Source: Acidaminococcaceae bacterium (GTDB taxonomy: Bacteria > Actinomycetota > Coriobacteriia > Coriobacteriales > QAMH01). Taken from it: a stretch of DNA of 48,717 nt. Numbering within the stretch: position 1 is the stretch's first letter; each line of letters starts with the position of its first letter. The notes beneath the pieces were generated by a model. It saw nothing but the letters and a program-made list of their open reading frames with translations, was not told the origin of the DNA and did no database searches. Location of the stretch: contig CAVAWX010000002.1 in assembly GCA_963592385.1 (NCBI GenBank), positions 1-48,717 of the forward strand. Direction: 5' to 3'. The translations under genes and the position numbers were made by a program. Positions 19,389-28,950 of the stretch are shown one piece after another.

Positions 19389-19439
19389 TTGAAGCTTATT
19401 TCGATACTTTTATGAAAAACGCCAGCATTGGAGTACAAT
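19389..19439 (+). promoter_or_regulatory. AT-rich candidate promoter region upstream of ftsZ
   Basis: Locally AT-rich tract with TACAAT at 19434-19439 and ATGAAA 16 nt upstream. TTGAAG at 19389-19394. The assignment is weak. Confidence 0.3.
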
Positions 19440-19530
19440 TTGCAGGGTTTCCATGCTTTCGGGGCTTTGCGCACGCCGTGCGAGGGGCCTGAAAGCTTGT
19501 AGTGAAGATAGAAAAGCTGGAGGATACGAA

Positions 19531-20643
19531 ATGCCCGATATAGCAGGAGCGGACCATCTGGCCGTCATCAAGGTCGTCGGCGTCGGCGGCGGCGGCACGA
19601 ACGCCGTCAACCGCATGGTCGAGGCCGGCGTCAAGGGCGTCGAGTTCATTGCGATCAACACCGACCGCCAGGCATTGCTCATGTGCGACGCAGACCGCAC
19701 GGTCCACATCGGCGAGGAGCTCACGCGCGGCCTGGGCGCGGGCGCGAACCCCGAGATCGGCTGCCAGGCGGCCGAGGAATCGCGCAACGACATCCGCGAC
19801 GCGCTTGCCGGCGCCGACATGGTCTTCGTCACGGCAGGCGAGGGCGGCGGCACGGGCACGGGCGCGGCGCCCGTCGTGGCCGAGATCGCCATGGAGGAGA
19901 TCGGGGCGCTCACGGTGGCCGTCGTCACCAAGCCCTTCGGCTTCGAGGGCCGCAAGCGCATGGTGCGCGCCGAGGAGGGCATCGCGGTGCTCTCCGAAAA
20001 CGTCGACACCCTCATCGTCATCCCCAACGACCGCCTCATGCAGGTCATCGAGAAGCGCACGTCCATGCTCGACGCCTTCCGCATCGCCGACGACATCTTG
20101 CGCCAGGGCACCCAGGGCATCACGGACCTCATCACCATCCCCGGCCTCATCAACCTCGACTTCGCCGACGTCCGCACCATCATGAAGGGCGCGGGCACGG
20201 CCATGATGGGCATCGGCATCGCCTCCGGCGAGAACCGCGCCACCGAGGCCGCCACGCAGGCCGTCAGCTCGAAGCTGCTCGAAAGCTCCGTGCAGGGCGC
20301 CACGCGCATCCTCTTCTCCATCACAGGTCCGTCCGATCTGCCCCTGGAGGAAGTCGACGAGGCGTCGCGCATCATCAACGACGCGGCCGACCCCGAGGCC
20401 GACATCATCTTCGGCACGGCCATCGACGATTCGCTCGACGACCAGCTGCGCATCACCGTCATCGCCACGGGCTTCAGGAACGACCCGCGCCAAGACGAGG
20501 CCGACCCGCGCGACGTGCGCTCCGCGAACCGCCCCGCTTCCACGCGCGTGCGCTCGAACGGCACGCCCGCCGCAGACGACGCCTCCCTCAACGCGCTCTT
20601 CGACGACGACATCCCCGATTTCCTCAAGCGCAGCCGCTACTAG
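19531..20643 (+). CDS. ftsZ: Cell division GTPase FtsZ
   Basis: GGAGG SD precedes ATG 19531. Contains [11 protein letters not shown] and the tubulin signature [11 protein letters not shown]. Acidic C-terminal peptide [10 protein letters not shown]. Confidence 0.97.
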   Translation: MPDIAGADHLAVIKVVGVGGGGTNAVNRMVEAGVKGVEFIAINTDRQALLMCDADRTVHIGEELTRGLGAGANPEIGCQAAEESRNDIRDALAGADMVFVTAGEGGGTGTGAAPVVAEIAMEEIGALTVAVVTKPFGFEGRKRMVRAEEGIAVLSENVDTLIVIPNDRLMQVIEKRTSMLDAFRIADDILRQGTQGITDLITIPGLINLDFADVRTIMKGAGTAMMGIGIASGENRATEAATQAVSSKLLESSVQGATRILFSITGPSDLPLEEVDEASRIINDAADPEADIIFGTAIDDSLDDQLRITVIATGFRNDPRQDEADPRDVRSANRPASTRVRSNGTPAADDASLNALFDDDIPDFLKRSRY

Positions 20644-20648
20644 CGCGC

Positions 20649-21602
20649 ATGCCCTCGAGCGAATACGAGCACACGGTTCCGCGTCTGCCGATGCCTCGGC
20701 TGGCGCGGATTCCTTTTTCTGGTGAAGGCTGCGGCGATTCCGCGGGCGTGCCATGCGGTGAAGGCGGCGCCGATTCTGCGGGCGTTGCGCATGGTGAATC
20801 TGGGGGCGGCCCTCTCGACCTGCTCGTGGACATGCGCCTTTTCGACGCCTGCGGCGTGCGCATCGCGTTTTCGTCGCGTGCGGGCGGGACGAGCGCGGCG
20901 CCGTTTTCCTCGCTGAACCTCTCGGAGAAAGTGGGCGACGACCTGCGCGCGGTCGCGGCCAACAGGCGCGTGCTGCTGGCGGCGCTCGGAGCCGCGGATC
21001 TGGAGGAGCGCCTCGTCGTGCCCGACCAGGTGCACGGCGCCGACATCGCCGTCGTGCGCGGCGCCGATTCGGCGGAGCTGGCGCGCGCGCAGGCCGAGGC
21101 CCGCAGCGGCCGCGACGCCATCGTCTGCACCTGCGCCGACGTGCCCGTTTTGCTGTGCTTTGCCGACTGCGTGCCCGTCGTGCTCGTCGCGCCCACGGGC
21201 GTCTTCGCCGTGGCGCATGCGGGGTGGCGCGGGGCGCTTGCCGGCATCCCGGGCGCGACGCTTTGCACGCTGGCCCGCGAGTCGGGTTGCGCGCCCGAAG
21301 AGTGCAACGCCTACATCGGCCCGCACATCGGGGCCTGCTGCTACGAGACGTCGCCCGAGATCCTCGCGCGTTTCACCGGGAAATATGGCAGCGCCTGCGA
21401 CGCGGGCGCCCGCCATCTGGACCTCTCCGCCGCCGTCGCGGCCTCGCTGCGGGCCGCCGGCGCCGATGCCGCGCGCATCGTCGACGCGGGCATCTGCACC
21501 TCGTGCAATTCAGACGACTACTATTCCTACCGCGCGCATGGCGGCACGACCGGCCGCCACGGCGCCTACGCATGCAAGGGAGGCACGAACACATGGGACT
21601 GA
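20649..21602 (+). CDS. pgeF: PgeF/YfiH family (laccase-domain, DUF152) protein
   Basis: Core motifs FSSRAGG.S..PF.SLNL, DQVHG, HAGWRG and YSYR. The conserved core begins near ATG 20832. The 61-codon upstream extension from ATG 20649 is optional and contains the 36-bp repeat. Confidence 0.8.
   Translation: MPSSEYEHTVPRLPMPRLARIPFSGEGCGDSAGVPCGEGGADSAGVAHGESGGGPLDLLVDMRLFDACGVRIAFSSRAGGTSAAPFSSLNLSEKVGDDLRAVAANRRVLLAALGAADLEERLVVPDQVHGADIAVVRGADSAELARAQAEARSGRDAIVCTCADVPVLLCFADCVPVVLVAPTGVFAVAHAGWRGALAGIPGATLCTLARESGCAPEECNAYIGPHIGACCYETSPEILARFTGKYGSACDAGARHLDLSAAVAASLRAAGADAARIVDAGICTSCNSDDYYSYRAHGGTTGRHGAYACKGGTNTWD
20721..20803 (+). repeat. Imperfect 36-bp tandem repeat (about 2.3 copies)
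   Basis: Copy 1 is 20721-20756, copy 2 is 20757-20792, and a partial copy starts at 20793. Each begins GGTGAAGG or GGTGAA. In the pgeF frame they read GEGCGDSAGVPC, GEGGADSAGVAH, GESGG. Confidence 0.8.
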
Positions 21603-22291
21603 AGGAACGCTGGGAGGCGACGTGCGCCGAGGTGGCGGCCGCCTGCGAGAAATACGGCCGCGACCCGCGCGAGGTGAAGGTGCTGGCCGTGTCCAAGACC
21701 GTCGAGGCGCCCGTCATCGCCGAGGCGCTCGCATGCGGCATGACGGACTTCGGCGAAAACCGCGTCAAGCCCTTCACCGAGAAACACGGGCTGTATCCGC
21801 AGGCGCGCTGGCACTTCATCGGCTCGCTGCAGTCGAACAAGGCGTCCAAGGTGGCGGGCGTGGCGCACCTGGTCCACTCGCTCGACCACGCCACGCTGCT
21901 CGACGCCCTGGAGCGCGCCGCATCCGCGAAAGGCGTCGTCCAAGACGTGCTGGTGGAGGTCTCCGTGGCAGGCGAGGCGGCCAAGGGCGGCGTGCCGTCT
22001 GCCGAGCTGCCGGCCTTCGTCGAGCGCGTCGCTGCCGCGCCCCATCTGCGCTGCCGTGGCCTTATGACCATGGCGCCCAGGGGCGACGCGCGCGTGGCGC
22101 GTGAAACTTTTGAAGGTTTGCGAAAACTTGCCGAGAATATGGCGCAGCGCTACAGCGGGCATGATACTATCTCGATGGACGAGCTTTCCATGGGCATGTC
22201 CGAGGACTACGAGCAGGCCATAGCGGAAGGTTCCACCATGGTTCGCATCGGCAGGCGCATCTTCAGCGAAGACTTCCAGCCCTTTGTTTGA
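21593..22291 (+). CDS. yggS: YggS/YlmE family PLP-binding protein
   Basis: VKVLAVSKTV (the PLP lysine context), FGENRV and HFIGSLQSNK. ATG overlaps the pgeF 3' end. AAGGGAGG SD. Confidence 0.9.
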   Translation: MGLKERWEATCAEVAAACEKYGRDPREVKVLAVSKTVEAPVIAEALACGMTDFGENRVKPFTEKHGLYPQARWHFIGSLQSNKASKVAGVAHLVHSLDHATLLDALERAASAKGVVQDVLVEVSVAGEAAKGGVPSAELPAFVERVAAAPHLRCRGLMTMAPRGDARVARETFEGLRKLAENMAQRYSGHDTISMDELSMGMSEDYEQAIAEGSTMVRIGRRIFSEDFQPFV

Positions 22292-22330
22292 AGACGGACG
22301 CCACATCGACGTTTTTTGGAGGATACGGAC

Positions 22331-23185
22331 GTGGGTCTTTTTGGCGAGATGAAAGACAAGCTCGGATTTGGCGACAAGCCCGAGTGGCAAGAAGACGAAC
22401 TCGATCCTGCTGCAGACGACTACCCCCCCGAAGGCGACTACGACGATTTCGGCAACCCCGTCGAGGATTCCCCGTCCGGGTCGGCCGACGTCATCGCCTT
22501 CGACGCCTACAACCCCGACAAGTTCGAGAACATCCGCATCGACTCGGGCCGCGAGCCCCGTGTGGCCTCCTTCGACGACGACGCGTCGTCGGGCGGCTAC
22601 TCCTCGAGGAAATCGGGGTACGGCTCCTCGCGCGGCACGGGCTACGGCGCACGTCGCAGCTCTTCGCGCACGGGGGAGGACGCGCCGGCATCCGGCACGG
22701 CGTGGGGCACCCCGAGCGACCCGTCCTTCATCGAGCACACCGGCCCGTCGTACACGCGCGAGGAGGTCTACGACGACCTCAGCTCGGCGTCGCCGTCCGC
22801 CTCGCCGCGCAGCTCGCTCGGCGCCGTGGGCACGCATCCCCCGCGCACGTCCCAGTCGGGCGACCCGTACTCGCAGTTCGACTCCGACGTCAAGCAGATT
22901 CACCGCGACCCGGCGGCCCATCTCTCCATCGTCGCCCCGAAGGCCTACGCGGACGTGGAGAAGGTGGCCAACGCCGCGAAGGCGGGCAAGTCGGTGGTCT
23001 TGGACCTGAAGAACACGAAGCCCGAGCTGGCAAAACGCGTGCTCGACTTCTCCTTCGGCGTGGCCAGCGCTTTAAACGGCACGGTGGACAAGGCGGCCGA
23101 CCGCGTCTTCGTCTTCGCCCAGGGCGCAGGCGACGGCCTCACCCAGACGGAGCGCGACTACCTCTTCAAGCAGGGGGTCCTCTAG
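22331..23185 (+). CDS. sepF: Cell division protein SepF with a long disordered linker
   Basis: GGAGGA SD lies 7 nt before GTG 22331 (N-terminus MGLFGEMKDKLGF). The conserved C-terminal SepF domain reads IVAPKAYADVEKVANAAKAGKSVVLDL...FSFGVASALNGTV. Confidence 0.88.
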   Translation: MGLFGEMKDKLGFGDKPEWQEDELDPAADDYPPEGDYDDFGNPVEDSPSGSADVIAFDAYNPDKFENIRIDSGREPRVASFDDDASSGGYSSRKSGYGSSRGTGYGARRSSSRTGEDAPASGTAWGTPSDPSFIEHTGPSYTREEVYDDLSSASPSASPRSSLGAVGTHPPRTSQSGDPYSQFDSDVKQIHRDPAAHLSIVAPKAYADVEKVANAAKAGKSVVLDLKNTKPELAKRVLDFSFGVASALNGTVDKAADRVFVFAQGAGDGLTQTERDYLFKQGVL

Positions 23186-23302
23186 GAGACGCACGCGGCG
23201 CGCGCGACGCGTGCGGCGGGCACCTCGTTCACCGAAGGTCTTCCGCGCCGCCACGACCTCGCCGCAGCCGCGCGCACGCGCATACGATAGGAAACATGCC
23301 CC

Positions 23303-23563
23303 ATGCTCTACACCGTACAACGCCTCCTTTTGACGCTCGTCGATTTCTACGTCGGCCTCATCATCGTCTACATCCTGATGAGCTGGATCCCCAACCGCAC
23401 GGGCTGGGTCGCCGATGTCTACAATGTGCTCGCCCGCATATGCGAGCCCTATCTCGGCCTGTTTCGTCGTATAATCCCGCCCATAGGCATGATCGACCTC
23501 AGTCCCATCGTCGCCATCGTCGTGTTGCAGGTGGTTGCGCGGGTCGTTTCCATGATTTTGTAG
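23303..23563 (+). CDS. YggT family membrane protein
   Basis: 86 aa with two hydrophobic helices. YggT-like pattern (LMSWIP...EPYLGLFRRIIPPIGMIDLSPIV). Confidence 0.85.
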   Translation: MLYTVQRLLLTLVDFYVGLIIVYILMSWIPNRTGWVADVYNVLARICEPYLGLFRRIIPPIGMIDLSPIVAIVVLQVVARVVSMIL

Positions 23564-23576
23564 AAAGGACGAGTCC

Positions 23577-24467
23577 ATGACCATCACGGCACTTGACATC
23601 CAGCAAGAGGGCTTCGAGCACTCCATGCGCGGCTACGACATCACGCAGGTGGACGAGTTTTTGGAGCGTGTGGCCCAAGAGGTCGATGCCATGAACGCGC
23701 AGATCGCCCAGCTGCAGCAGCGCCTGGCCGAGGCGCCCGCCGCCACGCCCGAGCCCATCGTGGACACGGCGGCCGTGGACGCGGCCACGCGCCGTGCGAC
23801 CGAGGCCGAGCAGCGCCTGGCGGCCGCCGAGGCCCGCTCGCGCCAGGCGGAGTCCAAGCTCGCCCAGCTCCAGGAGAAGTTCGCGCCCCTGCAGCGCCAG
23901 CTCGACGAGAAAAACGAGATGGACTCGGCCATTTCCAACGCCTTCATCTCCGCGCAGCGCAGCGCCGACGCGCTGAAGGAAGACGCCCGCGCGGAAGGCG
24001 AGCGGATCTACCGCGAGTCCGAGGCCAAGGCGCGCGAGTTCATCCGCGAGGCCCTGAGCGAAAAACAGCGCATTTTGAACGAGATAGACGCGCTGGAAAA
24101 CTCCGCGGCGCGTTTTCGCGAGGACTACAAGAAGCTGCTCTCGCGCTTTGCCGGCGAGGCGGAAAACGACTTCGCGAACCTGCGTCCGCCGCAGATCCCC
24201 GACAACATCGTGAACGACGTCCTGCCCAAATACGAGGACTTGAAGGGCGACGTGGACACGTCGGCGCCTGTGCCCGTGCCGGCCGGCTCGGACATGTTCT
24301 CCGCTGCGGGGGCGGCAGGCGCACATTCGGGCGGCTTCACGGCCGGTGGGGCAGGCGGCTTTTCCGGCGGCGCGGCGCCGTATCCGGCTCCGGACAGCGA
24401 GGCCATCTCCACGTCCATGTCGGAGCTGCTCGACGACACCGCCCTCATCGACGAGATCGACGAGTAG
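23577..24467 (+). CDS. divIVA: DivIVA domain protein
   Basis: N-terminus ITALDIQQEGFEHSMRGYDITQVDEFL, followed by coiled-coil sequence. Confidence 0.9.
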   Translation: MTITALDIQQEGFEHSMRGYDITQVDEFLERVAQEVDAMNAQIAQLQQRLAEAPAATPEPIVDTAAVDAATRRATEAEQRLAAAEARSRQAESKLAQLQEKFAPLQRQLDEKNEMDSAISNAFISAQRSADALKEDARAEGERIYRESEAKAREFIREALSEKQRILNEIDALENSAARFREDYKKLLSRFAGEAENDFANLRPPQIPDNIVNDVLPKYEDLKGDVDTSAPVPVPAGSDMFSAAGAAGAHSGGFTAGGAGGFSGGAAPYPAPDSEAISTSMSELLDDTALIDEIDE

Positions 24468-24506
24468 GCGCGCCGGTTCGGGCGCGGGCGCGAGCGCAGG
24501 CACGTC

Positions 24507-24785
24507 GTGCAGCTGGCGGTCTTCGTCACCCCGAAGGCGGGCGCCGACGCGGTGGGCGGCTGGCGCGAGAGCGCAGACGGCGCGCGCGAGCTCGAGGTGC
24601 GCGTGTGCGCGGCTCCCGAAAAAGGCAAGGCGACGAAGGCGGCGGCCAAGGTGCTCGCCGCCTTTTTCAATGTCCCGAAAAGCACCGTCGTGTTGAAGGC
24701 GGGCGCGACGAGCCGCCACAAGAGATTCGAGATTTCCATGTCCGATCAGGCGTGCGCCGCACGTCTGCGCGAGGCGGGGCTATAA
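24507..24785 (+). CDS. DUF167 (YggU-like) protein
   Basis: 92 aa. Pattern V.VTPKAG...L.V.V.A.PEKGKAT......LA..F.V.KS.V....G..SR.K. Confidence 0.75.
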   Translation: MQLAVFVTPKAGADAVGGWRESADGARELEVRVCAAPEKGKATKAAAKVLAAFFNVPKSTVVLKAGATSRHKRFEISMSDQACAARLREAGL

Positions 24786-24786
24786 T
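24781..24786 (+). promoter_or_regulatory. Candidate -10 box for rnpB
   Basis: Perfect TATAAT about 14 nt upstream of the first P1 nucleotide of RNase P RNA. No convincing -35. Confidence 0.35.
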
Positions 24787-24799
24787 CTCTGCCCGTGCA

Positions 24800-25217
24800 G
24801 CGAAACCGGGACGGACGCTCGCGGCGCATGGTGAACGCGGCGTGCCACGTGCATGCCACGTTCGCGGCGGTGAGGAAAGTCCGGGCTCCACAGGGCACCA
24901 TGCCGGCTAACGGCCGGGCGCGGCGACGCGACGGACAGTGTCACAGAAAAGAAAACTCCCGCGCTGCTTTCGCGCGGCTTCTCCCTTCGGGGGAGGCGCG
25001 CAAAACTGCGGGAAAAGCTGAAACGGTGCGGTAAGAGCGCACCAGCGCCGTGGCAACGCGGCGGCTTGACAAACCCCATGGGGAGCAAGGGCAAATAGGG
25101 GTGCGACGGGGTTGCCCGCCCCGCATCCGGGTTGCCCGCTCGAAGGCGGCGGCGACGCCGTCTCTAGATAAATGAGCGTCTTCGACGACAGAACCCGGCT
25201 TACAGTCCCGGTTTCGC
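24800..25217 (+). ncRNA. rnpB: RNase P RNA, bacterial type A
   Basis: P1 pairs CGAAACCGGGAC (24801-24812) with GTCCCGGTTTCG (25205-25216). Universal P4 strand GAGGAAAGTCCGGGCTCCACAGGGCA. Also GGTAAGAGCGCACC and ACAGAACCCGGCTTA near the 3' end. Confidence 0.9.
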
Positions 25218-25237
25218 GCACACGTTTTCTGTGCTTC

Positions 25238-25267
25238 TTGTGGAAACCCCCGAACATGCGCTAATAT
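25238..25267 (+). promoter_or_regulatory. Candidate promoter for infA and the alpha operon
   Basis: TTGTGG (25238-25243), an 18-nt spacer, then TAATAT (25262-25267). Confidence 0.35.
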
Positions 25268-25314
25268 TCATCGTTGCGTCTGTCTGGTCAAACGAGTAGA
25301 AAGCGAACCGGCAC

Positions 25315-25533
25315 GTGAGCAAAGAGGATGCGATAGAGCTGGAGGGCACGGTCGTCGAGCCGCTGCCCAACGCCATGTTCAAGGTCGAGCTGGAAAACGG
25401 GCACCAGGTGCTCGCGCACATCTCCGGCAAGATGCGCATGCACTACATCAAGATACTCCCGGGCGACAAGGTCACCGTCGAGCTTTCACCCTACGATTTG
25501 GACAGGGGTCGCATCACCTACCGCTTCAAGTAG
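25315..25533 (+). CDS. infA: Translation initiation factor IF-1
   Basis: 72 aa, [28 protein letters not shown]...[11 protein letters not shown] start. Confidence 0.97.
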   Translation: MSKEDAIELEGTVVEPLPNAMFKVELENGHQVLAHISGKMRMHYIKILPGDKVTVELSPYDLDRGRITYRFK

Positions 25534-25719
25534 GGGGTGCGCGCGCCTTCACCTGCCTCGAGGGGTGCAGGCCCGGCGCATGCACGCAACACGCCGGCCG
25601 TCCCTTTCACCATCCGGAGGAAGGGCAAGGCGGCACACGACGCGAGAAAACCAACGCTTGCGGCTGCAGCGTTTTACATAGATCGAAGTGGCGACACACT
25701 TTGGGAAAGGTTGAGTGAG

Positions 25720-25833
25720 ATGAAGGTACGTCCTTCTGTAAAGAAAATGTGCGACAAGTGCAAGGTCATCAGGCGTCATGGCAAGGTTTACGTCATTTGC
25801 GAGAACCCGCGCCACAAGCAGCGCCAGGGCTAG
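25720..25833 (+). CDS. rpmJ: 50S ribosomal protein L36
   Basis: 37 aa, [37 protein letters not shown]. Confidence 0.95.
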   Translation: MKVRPSVKKMCDKCKVIRRHGKVYVICENPRHKQRQG

Positions 25834-25848
25834 GGAAGGCAGGATACA

Positions 25849-26220
25849 TTGGCTCGTATACTCGGTGTCGACCTCCCGCGCGACAAGCGTGTGGAAATCG
25901 GTCTGACCTACATTTTCGGCATCGGCGCGACCTCGGCGAAGAAGATCTGCGCCGAGACGGGCGTCGACCCCAACACGCGTTGCCGCGACCTCACTGAAGA
26001 CGAGGTCGTGAAGCTGCGCGACAACATCGACAAGAACTACACCGTGGAAGGCGACTTGCGCCGCGAGGTGTCGCAAAACATCAAGCGCCTGATGGAGATC
26101 GGCTGCTACCGCGGCCTGCGCCATCGCAAGCACCTGCCCGTCCACGGCCAGCGCACGCACACCAACGCCCGCACCCGCAAAGGTCCTCGCCGCCAGATCG
26201 GCGCGAGGAAGAAAGGCTAG
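25849..26220 (+). CDS. rpsM: 30S ribosomal protein S13
   Basis: [29 protein letters not shown] start. Confidence 0.97.
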   Translation: MARILGVDLPRDKRVEIGLTYIFGIGATSAKKICAETGVDPNTRCRDLTEDEVVKLRDNIDKNYTVEGDLRREVSQNIKRLMEIGCYRGLRHRKHLPVHGQRTHTNARTRKGPRRQIGARKKG

Positions 26221-26233
26221 GTGAGGGGTAGCA

Positions 26234-26632
26234 ATGGCAGCGAAGAAGCAGCAGCGCACCCGCGTGAAGCGCTCCGAGCGCAAGAACATCACGGTGGGCC
26301 AGGCGCACATCAAGAGCACGTTCAACAACACGATCGTCACCATCACCGACACGCGCGGCAACGTCATCTCGTGGCAGTCCGCCGGCACGGTCGGGTTCAA
26401 GGGCTCGCGCAAGTCCACGCCGTTCGCGGCGCAGATGGCAGCCGAGCAGGCGGCGAAGATGGCCATGGAGCACGGCCTGAAGAAGGTCGCCGTGTTCGTG
26501 AAAGGCCCGGGCTCCGGCCGCGAGACGGCGGTGCGTTCCCTGCAGGCGGCAGGCCTCGAGGTCTCCGGCATCCAGGATTGCACGCCCATCCCGCACAACG
26601 GGTGCCGTCAGGTCAAGCGTCGTCGCGTTTAA
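26234..26632 (+). CDS. rpsK: 30S ribosomal protein S11
   Basis: [16 protein letters not shown]...[18 protein letters not shown]. Confidence 0.97.
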   Translation: MAAKKQQRTRVKRSERKNITVGQAHIKSTFNNTIVTITDTRGNVISWQSAGTVGFKGSRKSTPFAAQMAAEQAAKMAMEHGLKKVAVFVKGPGSGRETAVRSLQAAGLEVSGIQDCTPIPHNGCRQVKRRRV

Positions 26633-26651
26633 TCGAAAGGAACTACCTACT

Positions 26652-27245
26652 ATGGCTATCAACAGAACCCCGGTTCTGAAGCGGTGCAGGCAGCTCGGCC
26701 TGGATCCGATTTGCCTTGGCTACACCAAGGAATCCAAGAAGATGCCCAAGCAGCGCCGCCGTCAGGAAAGCGAGTACGGCCGCCAGCTGCGCGAGAAGCA
26801 GAAGGCGAAGTTCGTCTACGGCGTGCTGGAAAAGCAATTCCGCGGCTACTACCAGAAGGCACGCCGCATGCAGGGCGTCACCGGCGAGAACCTCATGCAG
26901 CTGCTGGAGAGCCGCCTGGACAACGTGGTCTTCCGGTTGGGCTTCGCGCGCACGCGCAAGGAGGCCCGCCAGACGGTCACGCACGGGCACATCACGGTCA
27001 ACGGCCGCCGCGTGGACGTGCCGTCGTATCGCGTGGCGCCGGGCGACGTCGTCGCCGTCGCCGAGAAGGCCCGCGAGCTGCTCGTCATCAAGAGCGCGCT
27101 GGTCTCCAACGAGCGCGTGCAGGTGCCGGCGTGGCTTGAGGTGGACATCGAGAAGCTGCAGGGCAGCGTCATCTCGCTTCCCACGCGCGACCAGATCGAC
27201 CTGGACATCAAAGAGCAGCTCATCATCGAGCTGTACTCCAAGTAG
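26652..27245 (+). CDS. rpsD: 30S ribosomal protein S4
   Basis: [25 protein letters not shown] and the S4 RNA-binding domain [15 protein letters not shown]. Confidence 0.97.
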   Translation: MAINRTPVLKRCRQLGLDPICLGYTKESKKMPKQRRRQESEYGRQLREKQKAKFVYGVLEKQFRGYYQKARRMQGVTGENLMQLLESRLDNVVFRLGFARTRKEARQTVTHGHITVNGRRVDVPSYRVAPGDVVAVAEKARELLVIKSALVSNERVQVPAWLEVDIEKLQGSVISLPTRDQIDLDIKEQLIIELYSK

Positions 27246-27324
27246 TGCGCGGCGCGTCTCGCGCACTCCGCGATTCGCGCACCGCCCGTTTTGTCCGGTT
27301 TCCTCTCTAGGAGGTTTTACATAG

Positions 27325-28266
27325 ATGACTGAATTCATCAGACCAAAGGTCACGGTCGCCCCGATCGACGACAACACCGCGCGCTTCATCGCCGAGCCCC
27401 TGGAGCGCGGCTACGGCTTCACGCTGGGCAACAGCATGCGCCGTGTGCTGCTGGGGTCGCTGGACGGCGCGGCGGTCACCGCCATCAAGATCGAGGGCGT
27501 CCAGCACGAGTTCACGGCCGTCCCCGGCGTGATCGAGGACGTGACCGACATCGTCTTGAACATCAAGGGTCTGGTCTTCTCCGCTCTGGGCGACTACGCC
27601 GAGGCCACGGCCACGCTCTACGCGCAAGGCCCGTGCACGGTCACCGGCGCCGACATCGAGGTGCCCACCGAGTTCACGCTCGTGAACCCCGACCACGTCA
27701 TCGCGACGCTGTCCGAGGGCGCGACGCTCGAGATGGAGCTGCGCATCGGCGTCGGCCGCGGCAACGTCTACGCCGCGCAGAACAAGCGCTCCGAGGATTC
27801 CATCGGCTGGATCCACACCGATTCGCTGTTCTCGCCCATACGTCGTTGCACCATGGACGTCACCGACACGCGTGTCGCCCAGCGCACCGACTACGACAAG
27901 CTCATCTTGGAGGTCGAGACCAACGGGGCCATCACCCCGACGGCGGCGGTGTGCCAGGCGGCCAATATCGTCACCCAGCACATGAAGGCCTTCCTCATGC
28001 TCGACGACAGCGTGCGCGAGGAAGAGGAGGCCAGCATCTTCGCGCCCGAGGGCACGGCGAAGAACACCGAGCTGGAGAAGAACATCGAGGACCTCGACCT
28101 GTCGGTCCGCTCGTACAACTGCCTGAAGCGCGCGGGCATCCATTCCGTGCGCGCGCTGGTCGAGTACTCGGAAAACGACCTGCTGAACATCCGCAATTTC
28201 GGCGCGAAGTCCATCGAGGAAGTCAAAGACAAGCTGCAGTCGATGGACCTGGGGCTGAAGCAGTAA
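27325..28266 (+). CDS. rpoA: DNA-directed RNA polymerase subunit alpha
   Basis: 313 aa. EPLERGYGFTLGNSMRRVLL and the C-terminal domain LDLSVRSYNCLKRAGI. GGAGG SD. Confidence 0.97.
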   Translation: MTEFIRPKVTVAPIDDNTARFIAEPLERGYGFTLGNSMRRVLLGSLDGAAVTAIKIEGVQHEFTAVPGVIEDVTDIVLNIKGLVFSALGDYAEATATLYAQGPCTVTGADIEVPTEFTLVNPDHVIATLSEGATLEMELRIGVGRGNVYAAQNKRSEDSIGWIHTDSLFSPIRRCTMDVTDTRVAQRTDYDKLILEVETNGAITPTAAVCQAANIVTQHMKAFLMLDDSVREEEEASIFAPEGTAKNTELEKNIEDLDLSVRSYNCLKRAGIHSVRALVEYSENDLLNIRNFGAKSIEEVKDKLQSMDLGLKQ

Positions 28267-28313
28267 CGCACGCTCGAAGCGCTGCGGCGCTTGACACGTA
28301 GGAGATAGGGTAA

Positions 28314-28940
28314 ATGAGACATTACAAGAAAGGGCGCAAGCTGGGCACTGACGCCAGCCACACCAAGGCGATCAAGAAGAACCTGGCTGTCGCGCTGTTC
28401 ACCAACGACCGCATCAAGACCATCGATGCGCGCGCCAAGGAAGTGCGCGGCCTGGTGGACAAGATCATCACTTGGGCCAAGAAGGGCGACCTGCATTCGC
28501 GTCGTCTGGCCATCGCCGCTTTGGGCGACGCCGAGCTGGTGCGCGAGGTCTTCGAGAAGGCCGAGCAGGGCATGTGGGCCGACCGCGACGGCGGCTACAC
28601 CCGCATCCTGAAGCTGGGGCCGCGCAAGGGCGACAACGCCCCCATGGTCATCCTCGAGCTGGTGAACGAGGCGGCCACGACGAAGGGCAAGAAGGCCGAG
28701 GCGGCCAAGGCGGGCGCGAAGAAGAAGGGCGCCGCGAAGAAGACGGCGGCCAAGAAGGACGCCAAGGCCGACGAGAAGGCCGAGAAGCCCGAGGAAGCCG
28801 AGGAGAAGAAGGCCGACGAGGCTGCGGAGAACGCGCCCGAGGCTGCCGAGGCGCCGGCGAAGGCCGAAGAGGCCGAGAAGGCCGAGAAGGCCGAGGAGAC
28901 GGCTGAGGCCGAGGCCGACGAGAAGAAGTCCGAGGAGTAG
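28314..28940 (+). CDS. rplQ: 50S ribosomal protein L17 with a ~90-aa Lys/Ala/Glu-rich C-terminal extension
   Basis: MRHYKKGRKLGTDASHTKA...GGYTRILKLGPRKGDNAPMVILELV, followed by a low-complexity tail. Confidence 0.95.
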   Translation: MRHYKKGRKLGTDASHTKAIKKNLAVALFTNDRIKTIDARAKEVRGLVDKIITWAKKGDLHSRRLAIAALGDAELVREVFEKAEQGMWADRDGGYTRILKLGPRKGDNAPMVILELVNEAATTKGKKAEAAKAGAKKKGAAKKTAAKKDAKADEKAEKPEEAEEKKADEAAENAPEAAEAPAKAEEAEKAEKAEETAEAEADEKKSEE

Positions 28941-28950
28941 GGGCGCATCC

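Noticed and set aside
24795-25257. Several 60-116-aa ORFs on both strands between DUF167 and infA.
   Set aside because: The region is fully explained by RNase P RNA (P1 and P4 signatures). The ORFs have no SD or coding character.
25537-25719. A 98-aa ORF that reads from just after infA into rpmJ.
   Set aside because: L36 is a conserved 37-aa protein with its own SD (GGGAAAGG) and an ATG at 25720. The upstream 61 codons are Arg/Ala/Pro-rich non-coding-like sequence.
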